From Methanobacteriota archaeon (GTDB lineage Archaea; JAADCQ01; Methanopyri; Methanopyrales; Methanopyraceae), in assembly GCA_027064305.1 (NCBI GenBank), contig JAMOPY010000046.1:1-62449 (forward strand): a DNA stretch of 62,449 bases, read 5' to 3'. Position 1 is the stretch's first letter. Every line of letters begins with the position of its first letter. Of the stretch, positions 28,894 to 38,394 are shown piece by piece. The notes under the pieces were generated by a model, which was not told the origin of the DNA, made no database searches, and was given only the letters and a program-made list of their open reading frames with translations. A program made the position numbers and the translations under genes.

Positions 28894-30030
28894 CGGTTGC
28901 CGCTCCCGCCGGCCGGCCACGATCTCGACCGTGGCGGACGCGTCCACCGCCCGGAACCGGACCCGGTACTCCCCCTCCCGGGTCACGGGCACGGTCACGC
29001 TCACCATCCCCTGCTCGTTCGTCGTCAGCTGCAGGCTCCGGTCCCTCGTGGGCCCCTCGATCGTTACCTCCACCGGGAACTCGGAGATCGGCTCGTTCAC
29101 CCAGTTCGTCAGCGTGGCCGTGAGCGTCACCCGGCGGTCCTTCCCGGGCTTCGGCACGATCACGGTGGGACCCGGGGACACCGTCAGTATCCAATCCGCG
29201 GGCAGCCGTTTCGCGGCCCACAGGAGCGCGTACACGAACATCTTGACCATGTCGGGGTCGCGGTTCCGTCGTCCCATGATCTCCGGGTGCACGCTCATGA
29301 TGGCGAACCGGCCCTTCTCCACCCCGTCGACGATCCAGCGGCCGACGACGTAGGCCCAGCCCTTGACCTTCTCGAGGTACTTGGCCACCCCTCGGACGTC
29401 GCAGTAGGCGCGCACGGTGTGCCACCGACGGTCGATGTAGTACTTGATGGTGTACCAGCCCCGCCGGAAGGACATCCCGGGCCCGTTCGCGTAGTACATC
29501 CGCATCTCGTAGGTGCTGCCCGGCTCGTTGGCGAGCGGGTTGGCCGGGTGCGGGAGCAGCAGCACGCGCGGCTCGGCGTGTCCCTTGAGCCCGTCGACCG
29601 CCTTGACGCACGGGAAGGCGCGGATGTACGTGGTCGCGCCCGCGCAGATGCCCACGTACCCGATCCCCAGGTGCAGCTGCGCCCACCGCAGCAGGTCGAC
29701 CCAGTCGGACCCCCAGTGATCCTCGGGCCGCCACCCTCCCGGCACGTAGACGACGTCCACGTGGATCCCCGTCTTCGGATCCACGCCGGTGTACAGGACG
29801 TGCCGCCAGCGGTGCACGTCCTTGATCGGGATCAGGACCACGCGCTCCCGGATCGGGAGCTCCTGCAGGTGCTCGTTCCACCAGCGCACGTCCCAGGCGG
29901 AGGTCGTCCAGCAGTTGGTCTCCGGGTTGGGGTCGGTGTCGAGCCCCGGCCCGGTCCAGGTGGCCACGTAGACCGTGGCGTGGGCGGGCACCGGAGCGAG
30001 GAGGATCGTGAGGATCGCGATCCAGCGCAC
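28732..30030 (-). CDS. Secreted/surface protein: signal peptide, class I GATase/BPL_N-like domain, Ig-like domain, C-terminal TM anchor
   Basis: MRWIAILTILLAPVPAHA, YVPGG, GICAGA, SVHPE, TTNEQGMVSVT, LPILLALAALLR. Confidence 0.75.
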   Translation of the reverse strand: MRWIAILTILLAPVPAHATVYVATWTGPGLDTDPNPETNCWTTSAWDVRWWNEHLQELPIRERVVLIPIKDVHRWRHVLYTGVDPKTGIHVDVVYVPGGWRPEDHWGSDWVDLLRWAQLHLGIGYVGICAGATTYIRAFPCVKAVDGLKGHAEPRVLLLPHPANPLANEPGSTYEMRMYYANGPGMSFRRGWYTIKYYIDRRWHTVRAYCDVRGVAKYLEKVKGWAYVVGRWIVDGVEKGRFAIMSVHPEIMGRRNRDPDMVKMFVYALLWAAKRLPADWILTVSPGPTVIVPKPGKDRRVTLTATLTNWVNEPISEFPVEVTIEGPTRDRSLQLTTNEQGMVSVTVPVTREGEYRVRFRAVDASATVEIVAGRRERQPSPAAGLPILLALAALLRALQRSQRHLHQPTGHSVQHGRRQRIRVPNVAAGGDQ

Positions 30031-30054
30031 GTTCGCCCTCCACGCGCCCGGAGT

Positions 30055-30405
30055 TCAGAAGAAGATAACGTTGTCGGACTCCCGAACCCAGCTCACCAGG
30101 TCGTGCATCGTGGCGAGCTCGGCGCCGTCGATCAGGTCGTCCTCGGTGATCCCGCGGGCCTTGGAGCACGGTCCGCAGACCTTGACCTCCGCCCCCTGCT
30201 CGATGCACTGCCGCAGCAGCTCCAGGTAGTTGGGCACCTCGTCCGGGTCCTGCCCCTCCTTGGCCACGTACACGCCGTCCTCGATCAGGAAGATCCGGAC
30301 GTCCTCGCCCTCGAGGAGGGCCGTCAGCGCGAACCTCAGGGCGGAGTAGGCGCGCTCCCGCCCGTACGGGGCCTCGGAGATGATCACGGTGATCACGGTC
30401 CTCAC
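30055..30405 (-). CDS. DsrE/DsrF-like sulfur relay protein
   Basis: APYGRERAYSALR, FLIEDGV, VCGPCSKARG. Confidence 0.88.
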   Translation of the reverse strand: MRTVITVIISEAPYGRERAYSALRFALTALLEGEDVRIFLIEDGVYVAKEGQDPDEVPNYLELLRQCIEQGAEVKVCGPCSKARGITEDDLIDGAELATMHDLVSWVRESDNVIFF

Positions 30406-30502
30406 CCCGGCGGCGCCGGCCGCCGCGCGCTCGATTATGGGTTGCCCGAAGCGGCGTTGTTCTCCATCGGGTGATCGGAACCCCTCGGACCGTTCCAGAA
30501 AA

Positions 30503-30514
30503 TTTTAAATATAA
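30503..30514. promoter_or_regulatory. AT-rich TATA element in the divergent dsrE/TIP49 gap
   Basis: TTTTAAATATAA about 30 nt upstream of the TIP49 start. Confidence 0.55.
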
Positions 30515-30544
30515 GTGCATGACGGTCAACGAGGGATGCGGATT

Positions 30545-31912
30545 ATGGTTGAGATCGAGGAGATCACCGAGTCCTCGACCCGGGAGGAGGCGGTCGGGGC
30601 GCACTCGCACATCTCCGGACTGGGCCTCGACGAGAACCTGCGGGCCAAGCCCGTCGGTGACGGTCTGGTCGGTCAGGAGGAGGCCCGGGAGGCGGCCGGT
30701 ATCATCGTGGAGATGGTGCGGGAGGGGCGCCGGTCCGGGCACGGGCTGCTGCTGGTGGGCCCGCCGGGGACCGGTAAGACGGCGATCGCGTACGGGATGG
30801 CGCGGGAGCTGGGTGAGGACGTTCCCTTCGTCTCGATCTCCGGCTCGGAGATCTACGGAACGAACCTGAGCAAGGCGGAGTTCCTGCAGCAGGCGATTCG
30901 GCGGGCGATCGGGGTCGAGATCACGGAGACGCGGGAGGTGATCGAGGGCAAGGTGGAGAGCCTGGAGATCGAGCGGGCGAAGCACCCGCTCTCGCCGTAC
31001 ATGGAGGTGCCCAGCGGGGCGATCCTGGAGGTCAGCACGCGGGACGATCGGCGGAAGTTCAAGGTGCCCGAGGAGATCGCGGTGCAGCTGGTGCAGGCGG
31101 GCGTGCGGGAGGGTGACGTGATCCAGATCGACCTGGAGAGCGGTCGGGTGGCGAAGCTGGGTCGGGCGAAGGAGGCGCTGGAGAAGGAGGAGGAAGAGAT
31201 CCTGGGCGTGCGCGCGGTGGAGGTGCCGGAGGGCCCGGTGCAGAAGAAGAAGGAGATCAAGCGGGTGGTCACGCTGCACGACCTGGACATGGCGAACGTG
31301 AGGGCGGGTCGGCTGCTAGGGTTCCGGGAGGAGGAGATCACGGACGAGATCCGGGAGAAGGTGGACGAGCAGGTGCAGAAGATGGTGGACGAGGGCGAGG
31401 CCCGGCTGGTTCCGGGCGTCCTGTTCATCGACGAGGCACACATGCTGGACATCGAGGCGTTCGCGTTCCTGAACCGGTCTCTGGAGGAGGAGATCGCGCC
31501 CATCCTGGTGATGGCCACCAACCGGGCGATGGCGAAGGTGCGGGGCACGGACGAGGAGGCCCCGCACGGGATCCCGGGGGACCTGCTGGACCGGCTGTTG
31601 ATCGCGCGGACGCGGCCGTTCAAGCGGGAGGAGATCCGGGAGATCATCGGCATCCGGGCCCGGGTGCAGGACATCGAGCTGACGGACGAGGCGCACGAGT
31701 ACCTGACCGACCTGGGCGAGGAGAAGTCCCTCCGGTACGCGACCCGGCTGCTCGAGCCGGCCCGGATCGTGGCGGAGAAGGAGGGATCGGACGTCGTGGA
31801 GAAGGAGCACGTGGAGCGGGTTGAGGAGGTGTTCACGGACGTGGCGGACAGCGTGGAGTACATGGAGCGGATGCGCCGCGAGCTGCCGACGATGAAGTAC
31901 TTAACCGGGTAG
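30545..31912 (+). CDS. TIP49 / RuvB-like AAA+ ATPase
   Basis: AHSHISGLGL, GPPGTGKT, VTLHDLD, LFIDEAHMLD, PHGIPGDLLDR. Confidence 0.93.
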   Translation: MVEIEEITESSTREEAVGAHSHISGLGLDENLRAKPVGDGLVGQEEAREAAGIIVEMVREGRRSGHGLLLVGPPGTGKTAIAYGMARELGEDVPFVSISGSEIYGTNLSKAEFLQQAIRRAIGVEITETREVIEGKVESLEIERAKHPLSPYMEVPSGAILEVSTRDDRRKFKVPEEIAVQLVQAGVREGDVIQIDLESGRVAKLGRAKEALEKEEEEILGVRAVEVPEGPVQKKKEIKRVVTLHDLDMANVRAGRLLGFREEEITDEIREKVDEQVQKMVDEGEARLVPGVLFIDEAHMLDIEAFAFLNRSLEEEIAPILVMATNRAMAKVRGTDEEAPHGIPGDLLDRLLIARTRPFKREEIREIIGIRARVQDIELTDEAHEYLTDLGEEKSLRYATRLLEPARIVAEKEGSDVVEKEHVERVEEVFTDVADSVEYMERMRRELPTMKYLTG

Positions 31913-31949
31913 CCCCCGCCACACGCCTCTTCTTCGGGGAGGTGCGGCG

Positions 31950-33740
31950 TTGTCCGAGCACGACGAGGTCGAGGTGCTGGAGGTACCCTGGGTGGAAAAG
32001 TACCGGCCCAAGCGGCTCGAGGACATCGTGGACCAGGAGCACGTGGTCAAGCGGCTCCAGGAGTACGTCAAGCGGGGCGACATGCCCAACCTGCTCTTCG
32101 CCGGACCGCCCGGCACGGGCAAGACCACGGCCGCGCTGTGCCTGGCCCGCGAGCTGTACGGGGAGCACTGGCGGGATAACTTCCTGGAGCTGAACGCCTC
32201 CGTGTCCCCGGACACGCCGCTGGTGGTCCGGGCGAACGGGAGGACGTTCCTCACCACGTTCCGGGAGCTGGACGAGGCGCTGCTGGAGCCCGAGGGGGAC
32301 GCTCGGGTTCGGGTGCGCGGCCTGGAGGTGCTCACGGTCGCGAACGGGCGCGTCGCCTGGGCCCCCGTGCGCTACCTGATCCGGCACCGGGCCCCGGGCT
32401 ACCTGCGCGTGCACCTGGAGTCGGGGCACGTGCTCGAGCTCACCGGCGACCACGCCGTCATGGTGCTCCGCGGGGACGGGCTCGAGGCCGTGCCGGCCTC
32501 CGCGCTGCGGGAGGGCGACGTGCTCCTGACCTTCCAGGCCCCGCTGGACCTGATGACGACCGAGCGGCTCGAGGACCTGGCCGGGCTCGTCGGGGACGTC
32601 GAGCTCAACTGGATGGCCCGGTTGTGCGGCGTGGAGGGCTTCGTCCGCGACGGCTCGTTCGAGGAGCCGAGGCCGAGGCGCGCGATCCCGGCCGATCCCG
32701 TGGTGGAGCTGGCGCGCCGGGTGAGCGAGGGGCTGTCCGAGGAGCTGGAGAACCTCTCCGAGGACGGCCTGATCGACGCCGGCCTCGCGCTGGAGCTGCT
32801 GCCCGAGCGCCGGGACGTGCGGCCGGGGGCCAGGTCGGCGTACGACCGGCTGGTCGGGCTCCTGACCTCGGACCTGCGCGGCGTTCGGATCCGGAGGATC
32901 GAGGTCGTGCGGAGCGAGGGGTACGTGTACGACGTCAGCGTGCCGGGCACGGAGATGTTCTTCGCGGGTGAGGTGCCCGTTCTGCTGCACAACTCGGACG
33001 AGCGCGGCATCGACGTCATCCGGACCAAGGTCAAGAACTTCGCCCGGACGCGGCCGATGGGTGGAGCGAAGTTCAAGATCATCTTCCTGGACGAGGCGGA
33101 CAACCTCACGAGGGACTCGCAGCAGGCCCTGCGACGGATCATGGAGATGTACTCGGACGCGTGCCGGTTCATCCTGGCGGCCAACTACTCGTCCGCGATC
33201 ATCGACCCGATCCAGAGCCGCTGCGTGGTCTTCAAGTTCACCAAGCTGCCGGAGGACGCGATCAAGCGGCGGCTGCGGGAGATTGCCGAGAACGAGGGCG
33301 TGGAGGTCACGGACGAGGCCCTGGACGCGATCGTGTACGTGTCCGAGGGTGACATGCGGCGGGCCATTAACATCCTGCAGGCGGCGGCCGCCCTGGGCGC
33401 GAGGGTCGACGAGGACACGGTGTACCAGATCGCGGCCACGGCCCGGCCCGAGGAGGTCCGTCAGATGATCCACCACGCGTGGAACGGGGAGTTCGAGCGG
33501 GCGAGGGACCTGCTGCACGAGCTGCTCTCGCGGTACGGGATGTCCGGGGAAGACGTGGTCCGGCAGGTGCACCGCGAGGTGCTGGAGATGGACGAGATCC
33601 CGGAGGAGGCGGTGCCGGAGCTGGTGGAGGCCGTGGGTGACTTCGAGTACCGGCTCGTGCGAGGCTCGGACGAGCGCATCCAGCTGGAGGCGCTCCTGGC
33701 CCGCATCCACGCGCTGGGCAGCAAGTACTCCGGCGGGTAG
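31950..33740 (+). CDS. rfcS: Replication factor C small subunit (intein-containing)
   Basis: PWVEKYRP, GPPGTGKTT, LELNA[intein]SDERG, LDEAD, SRC, GDMRRAIN. Confidence 0.95.
   Translation: MSEHDEVEVLEVPWVEKYRPKRLEDIVDQEHVVKRLQEYVKRGDMPNLLFAGPPGTGKTTAALCLARELYGEHWRDNFLELNASVSPDTPLVVRANGRTFLTTFRELDEALLEPEGDARVRVRGLEVLTVANGRVAWAPVRYLIRHRAPGYLRVHLESGHVLELTGDHAVMVLRGDGLEAVPASALREGDVLLTFQAPLDLMTTERLEDLAGLVGDVELNWMARLCGVEGFVRDGSFEEPRPRRAIPADPVVELARRVSEGLSEELENLSEDGLIDAGLALELLPERRDVRPGARSAYDRLVGLLTSDLRGVRIRRIEVVRSEGYVYDVSVPGTEMFFAGEVPVLLHNSDERGIDVIRTKVKNFARTRPMGGAKFKIIFLDEADNLTRDSQQALRRIMEMYSDACRFILAANYSSAIIDPIQSRCVVFKFTKLPEDAIKRRLREIAENEGVEVTDEALDAIVYVSEGDMRRAINILQAAAALGARVDEDTVYQIAATARPEEVRQMIHHAWNGEFERARDLLHELLSRYGMSGEDVVRQVHREVLEMDEIPEEAVPELVEAVGDFEYRLVRGSDERIQLEALLARIHALGSKYSGG
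32199..32993 (+). mobile_element. 265-aa mini-intein in RFC small subunit
   Basis: Starts SVSPDTP; block B LELTGDH; ends YVYDVSVPGTEMFFAGEVPVLLHN followed by Ser; no intact LAGLIDADG motifs. Confidence 0.93.
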
Positions 33741-33745
33741 CCCCC

Positions 33746-35311
33746 TTGGTCCCCTGGACGGAGAAGTACCGGCCCCGGCGCCTGAGGGACCTGGCGAACC
33801 AGGAGGAGGCGAAGAAGGAGCTGGTCGCGTGGGCGAACCAGTGGGCCCGGGGCGAGCCGCCCGAGCCCCGCGCCGTCCTCCTGCACGGGCCGCCCGGCAC
33901 GGGCAAGACCAGCGCGGCCTACGCCCTCGCGAACGAGTTCGGCTGGGACGTGGTCGAGCTGAACGCCTCGGACAAGCGCACCCGGGACGTCATCGAGAAG
34001 GTCGTGGGAGGCGCCTCCACGGGACGGTCCCTACTCCGCCTGGTTCAACGCGCCGGAGGCCGCCACGAGCGCGTGGAGGGTTCGGACCGGGTCCTGGTGC
34101 TCGTGGACGAGGTGGACGGGATCGACCCGCGCGAGGACCGGGGCGGCGTGACCGCGCTGATTCGGGCCGTGAAGCGCGCCCGCAACCCGCTCATCCTCGT
34201 CGCCAACGATCCGTGGAGCCTGCCCAAGTCGCTGCGTGACGAGGTCCGGATGATCGAGTTCCGGAGGCTGCGGCAGCGGGACATCGTGGAGGTGCTGCGC
34301 CGGATCTGCGAGTCGGAGGGCGTCGAGTACGACGAGCGCGCCCTACAGATGATCGCCCGTCGGGCCCGGGGCGACCTGCGGGCCGCCATCAACGACCTCG
34401 AGGCGATCGCCAGGTCCACGGGTCGGGTCACGGTCGAGGACGTGCGGGACCTGGGGTGGCGGGACAAGGAGATCACCATCTTCGAGGCGCTGGGTCGGAT
34501 CTTCAACAAGCCGCCCCGGGAGGCGCGCCGGGCCCTGTGGAACCTGGACGAGGACCCGGACGACGTCCTCCTTTGGATCGCGCAGAACGTGCCCCGGGCG
34601 TACAGCGAGCCGGAGGAGATCGAGCGGGCGTACGATTACCTGTCCAAGGCGGACGTCTTCTCGTCCCGGGCGATCGAGACCGGGAACTGGCGGTTCAAGT
34701 ACGTGTACGCGACCGACCTGATGACGACCGGGGTGGCGGCGGCCCGGCGCGGGAAGCCCCCGGGATTCGTGCGGTTCCAGCCGCCCAGGATCCTGCGCAA
34801 GTTGAGCCTGACGAGGCGGGAGCGGGAAATCCTCAACTCCATCGCCGAGAAGGTCGCGGAGCGCATGCACGTGTCGACCCGGGTGGCGAAGAACGACATC
34901 ATTCCGATCCTGCAGGTCGCCTTCCGCCGGTTCGTGGAGGAGGAGTCGGAGCGCGGTCTGGAGATCCTGAGCGGGATCGCCGGGTACCTGCGGCTGACGA
35001 AGCGGGAGATCGCGTACCTGTGCGAGGATCCCCGGGTGGCGCAGCGGATCTACAACCGGTCGCTGCAGGTGAGGAAGAGGCTGAAGGAGGCGCGGCGCGA
35101 GGAGCTGCGTGAGCGTGTGGAGGAGATGATGAGGGAGGTTGAGGAGGCCCCGGCTGAAGGGGAGAAGGCCGTCGAGACGCTCGCCGTGGAGGAGGAAGAG
35201 GAAGAAGAGGAAGGGGAGACCGGGGAAGAGGCCTCCGAGGAGGAAGAGGAGAGGGAAGAGGAGAAAAAGGAGAAACGGGAGGAGCAGAAGACGCTGGACG
35301 CGTTCTTCTGA
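33746..35311 (+). CDS. rfcL: Replication factor C large subunit
   Basis: PWTEKYRP, GPPGTGKT, ELNASD, DEVD, GDLRAAINDL, acidic tail, PIP box QKTLDAFF. Confidence 0.95.
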   Translation: MVPWTEKYRPRRLRDLANQEEAKKELVAWANQWARGEPPEPRAVLLHGPPGTGKTSAAYALANEFGWDVVELNASDKRTRDVIEKVVGGASTGRSLLRLVQRAGGRHERVEGSDRVLVLVDEVDGIDPREDRGGVTALIRAVKRARNPLILVANDPWSLPKSLRDEVRMIEFRRLRQRDIVEVLRRICESEGVEYDERALQMIARRARGDLRAAINDLEAIARSTGRVTVEDVRDLGWRDKEITIFEALGRIFNKPPREARRALWNLDEDPDDVLLWIAQNVPRAYSEPEEIERAYDYLSKADVFSSRAIETGNWRFKYVYATDLMTTGVAAARRGKPPGFVRFQPPRILRKLSLTRREREILNSIAEKVAERMHVSTRVAKNDIIPILQVAFRRFVEEESERGLEILSGIAGYLRLTKREIAYLCEDPRVAQRIYNRSLQVRKRLKEARREELRERVEEMMREVEEAPAEGEKAVETLAVEEEEEEEEGETGEEASEEEEEREEEKKEKREEQKTLDAFF

Positions 35312-35314
35312 GGC

Positions 35315-35641
35315 TTACCCGAACAGGGCTCCGAGGCCGGCCGCCGCCTCCTCCTCGGCCTCCTCTTCCTCTTCTTCCTCCTCTTCTTCCTCTTCCTCCT
35401 CCTCTTCCTCGGCTTCCTCCTCGGCCTCCTCCTCGGCGGCACCGGCGGCCGGCGCCGCGGCCGGCACGGCGGCCTCCTCGATCGCCTCGTCGATGTCTAC
35501 TTCCTCCAGCGCGGCGACCGTGGCCTTCAGGCGCGCCTCGTCCACCTCGACGCCGGCGGCCTCCAGGACCTTCCGCAGGTTCTCCTCGTTGATTTCTTGA
35601 CCGGCGGCGTGCAGCAGGAGGCACGCGTAGATGTACTCCAA
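35315..35641 (-). CDS. rpl12: 50S ribosomal protein L12 (aP1)
   Basis: [11 protein letters not shown]; acidic hinge; GLGALFG end. Confidence 0.96.
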   Translation of the reverse strand: MEYIYACLLLHAAGQEINEENLRKVLEAAGVEVDEARLKATVAALEEVDIDEAIEEAAVPAAAPAAGAAEEEAEEEAEEEEEEEEEEEEEEEEEAEEEAAAGLGALFG

Positions 35642-35718
35642 GGATCGGGCACCCCCGTTCGCGCGCCTTCGCCCACGGCGCCCTCAAAGTTCCAAAAAGG
35701 TTTACGGGAGGGAGCCCC

Positions 35719-36855
35719 GTGCCCGGGAACCCGTTCCGCAAGATGCCCGAGGTGCCGGACCCCGAGGAGCTCATCGACACCGCGTTCCGGAGGGCCGAGC
35801 GGGCGGCCGAGGGCACGCGTCGGTCGTTTCGGGGCACCCGAACCCCGCCCGAGGTGAGGGCCCGGTCGATCGAGATCGCCCGCGTGAACACCGCCTCGCA
35901 GCTGATCCAGGATCGGCTTTGGGAGATCGTGCGTAGGACGCCGAACCTGGACGAGATTCACCCGTTTTACCGGGAGCTGGCGGACGCGGTGGCGGGCGTG
36001 AAGAGGCTCAAGCGGAGCCTGGCCGACGTGCACACGGTGGCCAAGCTGGCGCGGCTGATCCGGGAGGAGTACACCAGGAAGCTCAAGCGGGCGGACGATC
36101 CGGCCGAGGCCGCCCGGCTGCGCCGCGAGGCGTACGGGCGGCTGGCCTCGACGGTGCGGCGGAAGGCGGGGGACGCGCTGCGGTTCCTGCGTCGGGTGCA
36201 GCCGAAGCTGGTGGACCTGCCCTCCATCGACCCGGAGATGTTCACGGTGGCGCTGGCGGGCCATCCGAACGTGGGCAAGACGACCCTGATGACGGCGCTC
36301 ACGGGTTCGGAGCCGGAGATCGCGCCCTACCCGTTCACGACGAAGGGGATCCAGGTGGGTTACATGGAGGACCCGTACCCGGTGCAGATCCTGGACACGC
36401 CGGGGCTGCTGGATCGGCCGGAGGAGGAGCGGAATCCGATCGAGCGTCAGGCGATCGCGGCGCTGAAGCACGCGACGGACGCCGTCTTCTTCCTGCTGGA
36501 TCCCACGGGGACGTGCGGGTTCGACGTGGAGGAGCAGCTGGACCTGCTGCGCCGGGTTCAGCGGGAGTTCGACGTGCCCTTCCACGTGGTCCTCACGAAG
36601 GCGGACCTGGAGGAGCTGTGGGAGCGTCCGGAAAGGCTGGAGGAGGTGCTGGACGAGGGGGTGCGGGTGTACGAGGTCTCGGCCGAGGACGGGCGGGGGC
36701 TCGACAAGTTAAAACGTAGGCTGAACGAGCTGGCCCGGGGGTATTACGGTGGGCGTGATCGAGCGATTGCTGGAGGAGACGCTTCGGACCGGGTCGAAGG
36801 GTGCCGAGGAGACGCTGCGGCTCGTGGGTCGGCTGCTCGAGGAGGTCCTTCATGA
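35719..36855 (+). CDS. NOG1-family GTPase
   Basis: GHPNVGKT, YPFTTKG, DTPGLLDRP, ERNPIE, TKAD. Confidence 0.9.
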   Translation: MPGNPFRKMPEVPDPEELIDTAFRRAERAAEGTRRSFRGTRTPPEVRARSIEIARVNTASQLIQDRLWEIVRRTPNLDEIHPFYRELADAVAGVKRLKRSLADVHTVAKLARLIREEYTRKLKRADDPAEAARLRREAYGRLASTVRRKAGDALRFLRRVQPKLVDLPSIDPEMFTVALAGHPNVGKTTLMTALTGSEPEIAPYPFTTKGIQVGYMEDPYPVQILDTPGLLDRPEEERNPIERQAIAALKHATDAVFFLLDPTGTCGFDVEEQLDLLRRVQREFDVPFHVVLTKADLEELWERPERLEEVLDEGVRVYEVSAEDGRGLDKLKRRLNELARGYYGGRDRAIAGGDASDRVEGCRGDAAARGSAARGGPS

Positions 36856-37255
36856 GGGGCGGAGGGTCGCCCAGGAGGCGGAACCCCGGGAGCTGCTCGA
36901 GGAGGTGTCCGGTCAGCTGGTGCGGACGCTGCGCTGGGCCACCACCCCGGCCGTGGACGTGTACGAGCGGCCGGGTGAGCTCGTGATCGTGGCCGAGGTG
37001 CCCGGTGCCGGGCCGGACGACGTGAGCGTGCGCGCGGGCGAGGACTACGTGGAGGTGACGGTCAAGCTGCCCCGGATTCGGGAGGGTGAGCCGAGGTACC
37101 GGGAGCGCGTGTCGGGTGAGGTCTCCCGGCGGATCGACCTGGACGTGAAAATCGACCCGAACGGCGTGAAGGCGAGGTGCGGGAACGGGTTGCTGACGAT
37201 CCGGGCCCCCAAGGTGGAGGAGACGGAGGTGGAGGTGGAGCCGGAGGAGGAGTAG
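36749..37255 (+). CDS. Hsp20 / alpha-crystallin small heat shock protein
   Basis: PAVDVYE, AEVPG, RRIDL, ARCGNGLLTIRAPK, VEVE tail. Confidence 0.85.
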   Translation: MGVIERLLEETLRTGSKGAEETLRLVGRLLEEVLHEGRRVAQEAEPRELLEEVSGQLVRTLRWATTPAVDVYERPGELVIVAEVPGAGPDDVSVRAGEDYVEVTVKLPRIREGEPRYRERVSGEVSRRIDLDVKIDPNGVKARCGNGLLTIRAPKVEETEVEVEPEEE

Positions 37256-37322
37256 CGGCTCGGTCCCGGGTTCTCTCGTCACCCGGGGCCCGTCCGCCCT
37301 TCCGGGCCCTCGTCATCGCCGC
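37255..37322 (-). ncRNA. Box C/D guide sRNA
   Basis: Minus strand: GCGGC stem, C CGATGA, guide, D' CGGA, C' GGGTGA, guide, D CCGA, GCCGC stem. Confidence 0.68.
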
Positions 37323-37341
37323 CCTCGGCGGAGGGTGCGCC

Positions 37342-38394
37342 ATGATCGAGATCGACGGCTCCTACGGTGAGGGAGGCGGACAGATCCTACGCACCGCCGT
37401 CGGCATGTCGGCCCTCACGGGGAAGCCCGTGCGGGTGTTCAACATCCGGGCCAACCGGCCCAACCCCGGGATGTCCCACCAGCACTACCACGCGGTCAAG
37501 GCCGTGGCGGAGATGTGCGACGCCGAGTGCGAGGGGTTGGAGGTGGGCTCCACCGAGCTGGTGTTTCGGCCCGGTCGGGTGCGCGGCGGCGAGTACGAGA
37601 TCGACATCGGGACCGCGGGCAGCGTGACCCTGCTCCTGCAGGCGGTCAAGCTCGCCGCCCTCGCCGCCGACTCCCCGGTGGAGGTGGAGGTGAGGGGCGG
37701 CACGGACGTTAAGTGGTCGCCGCCCGTGGACTACGAGCGGTACGTGCACGCGCACTACCTCCGGCGGATCGGGTGTCGGTACGAGCTGGAGGTGGAGCGG
37801 CGGGGCCACTACCCGCGCGGTGGCGGGATCGTCCGGGCCCGGATCGAGCCGGTGGACGCGCTCAAGCCCCTTAACGCCGTCGAGTTCGGGGAGCTCGAGG
37901 AGGTTCGGGGCGTCTCTCACTGCGTCCGGTTGCCGCCGCACGTCGCCGAGCGCCAGGCCAGGGCCGCGTCCGAGGTGATCGAGCGGGAGCTGGGCGTGAG
38001 CCCGGAAATCGAGGTGGAGACGTACCCGAAGCATCGGGACCCGCACCTGGGCCCGGGCAGCGGGATCGTGCTCTGGGCGGAGGACGATCGGGGGAACCGG
38101 CTCGGCGCCGACGCGCTCGGTGAGAAGGGCAAGCCGGCCGAGCGCGTGGGCCGGGAGGCGGCGGAGGAGCTGGTCCGGCACGTGAGGACGGGGATGGCGC
38201 TGGACGAGCACATGGGGGATCAGATACTACCGTTCCTCTCCATCGCCGACGGGGAGTCCAAGTACGGGGTGTCGAGGGTCGACCCGCACCTGACCACGAA
38301 CGCGTGGGTGGTGCGGAAGTTCGTGGACGTGGACATCGAGGTGGACGGCGAGGAGGGCGAGCCCGCGGTGGTCAGGGTTCGACCTGGGAGCTGA
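37342..38394 (+). CDS. rtcA: RNA 3'-terminal phosphate cyclase
   Basis: IDGSYGEGGGQILR, GGTDV, RGHYPRGGG, DEHMGDQ, HLTTN. Confidence 0.95.
   Translation: MIEIDGSYGEGGGQILRTAVGMSALTGKPVRVFNIRANRPNPGMSHQHYHAVKAVAEMCDAECEGLEVGSTELVFRPGRVRGGEYEIDIGTAGSVTLLLQAVKLAALAADSPVEVEVRGGTDVKWSPPVDYERYVHAHYLRRIGCRYELEVERRGHYPRGGGIVRARIEPVDALKPLNAVEFGELEEVRGVSHCVRLPPHVAERQARAASEVIERELGVSPEIEVETYPKHRDPHLGPGSGIVLWAEDDRGNRLGADALGEKGKPAERVGREAAEELVRHVRTGMALDEHMGDQILPFLSIADGESKYGVSRVDPHLTTNAWVVRKFVDVDIEVDGEEGEPAVVRVRPGS

Noticed and set aside
30055-30405. DsrE-like protein as a possible selenoprotein
   Set aside because: The active-site region has Cys codons and the TGA is at the normal C-terminus.
35190-35435. 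Apparent long inverted repeat of GAG/GAA versus CTC/TTC
   Set aside because: Explained by the convergent poly-Glu tails of rfcL and rpl12.
36749-36855. 107-nt overlap of NOG1 and Hsp20, and similar overlaps among the hcg genes
   Set aside because: Most likely non-conserved C-terminal run-on due to scarce stop codons in high-GC DNA.
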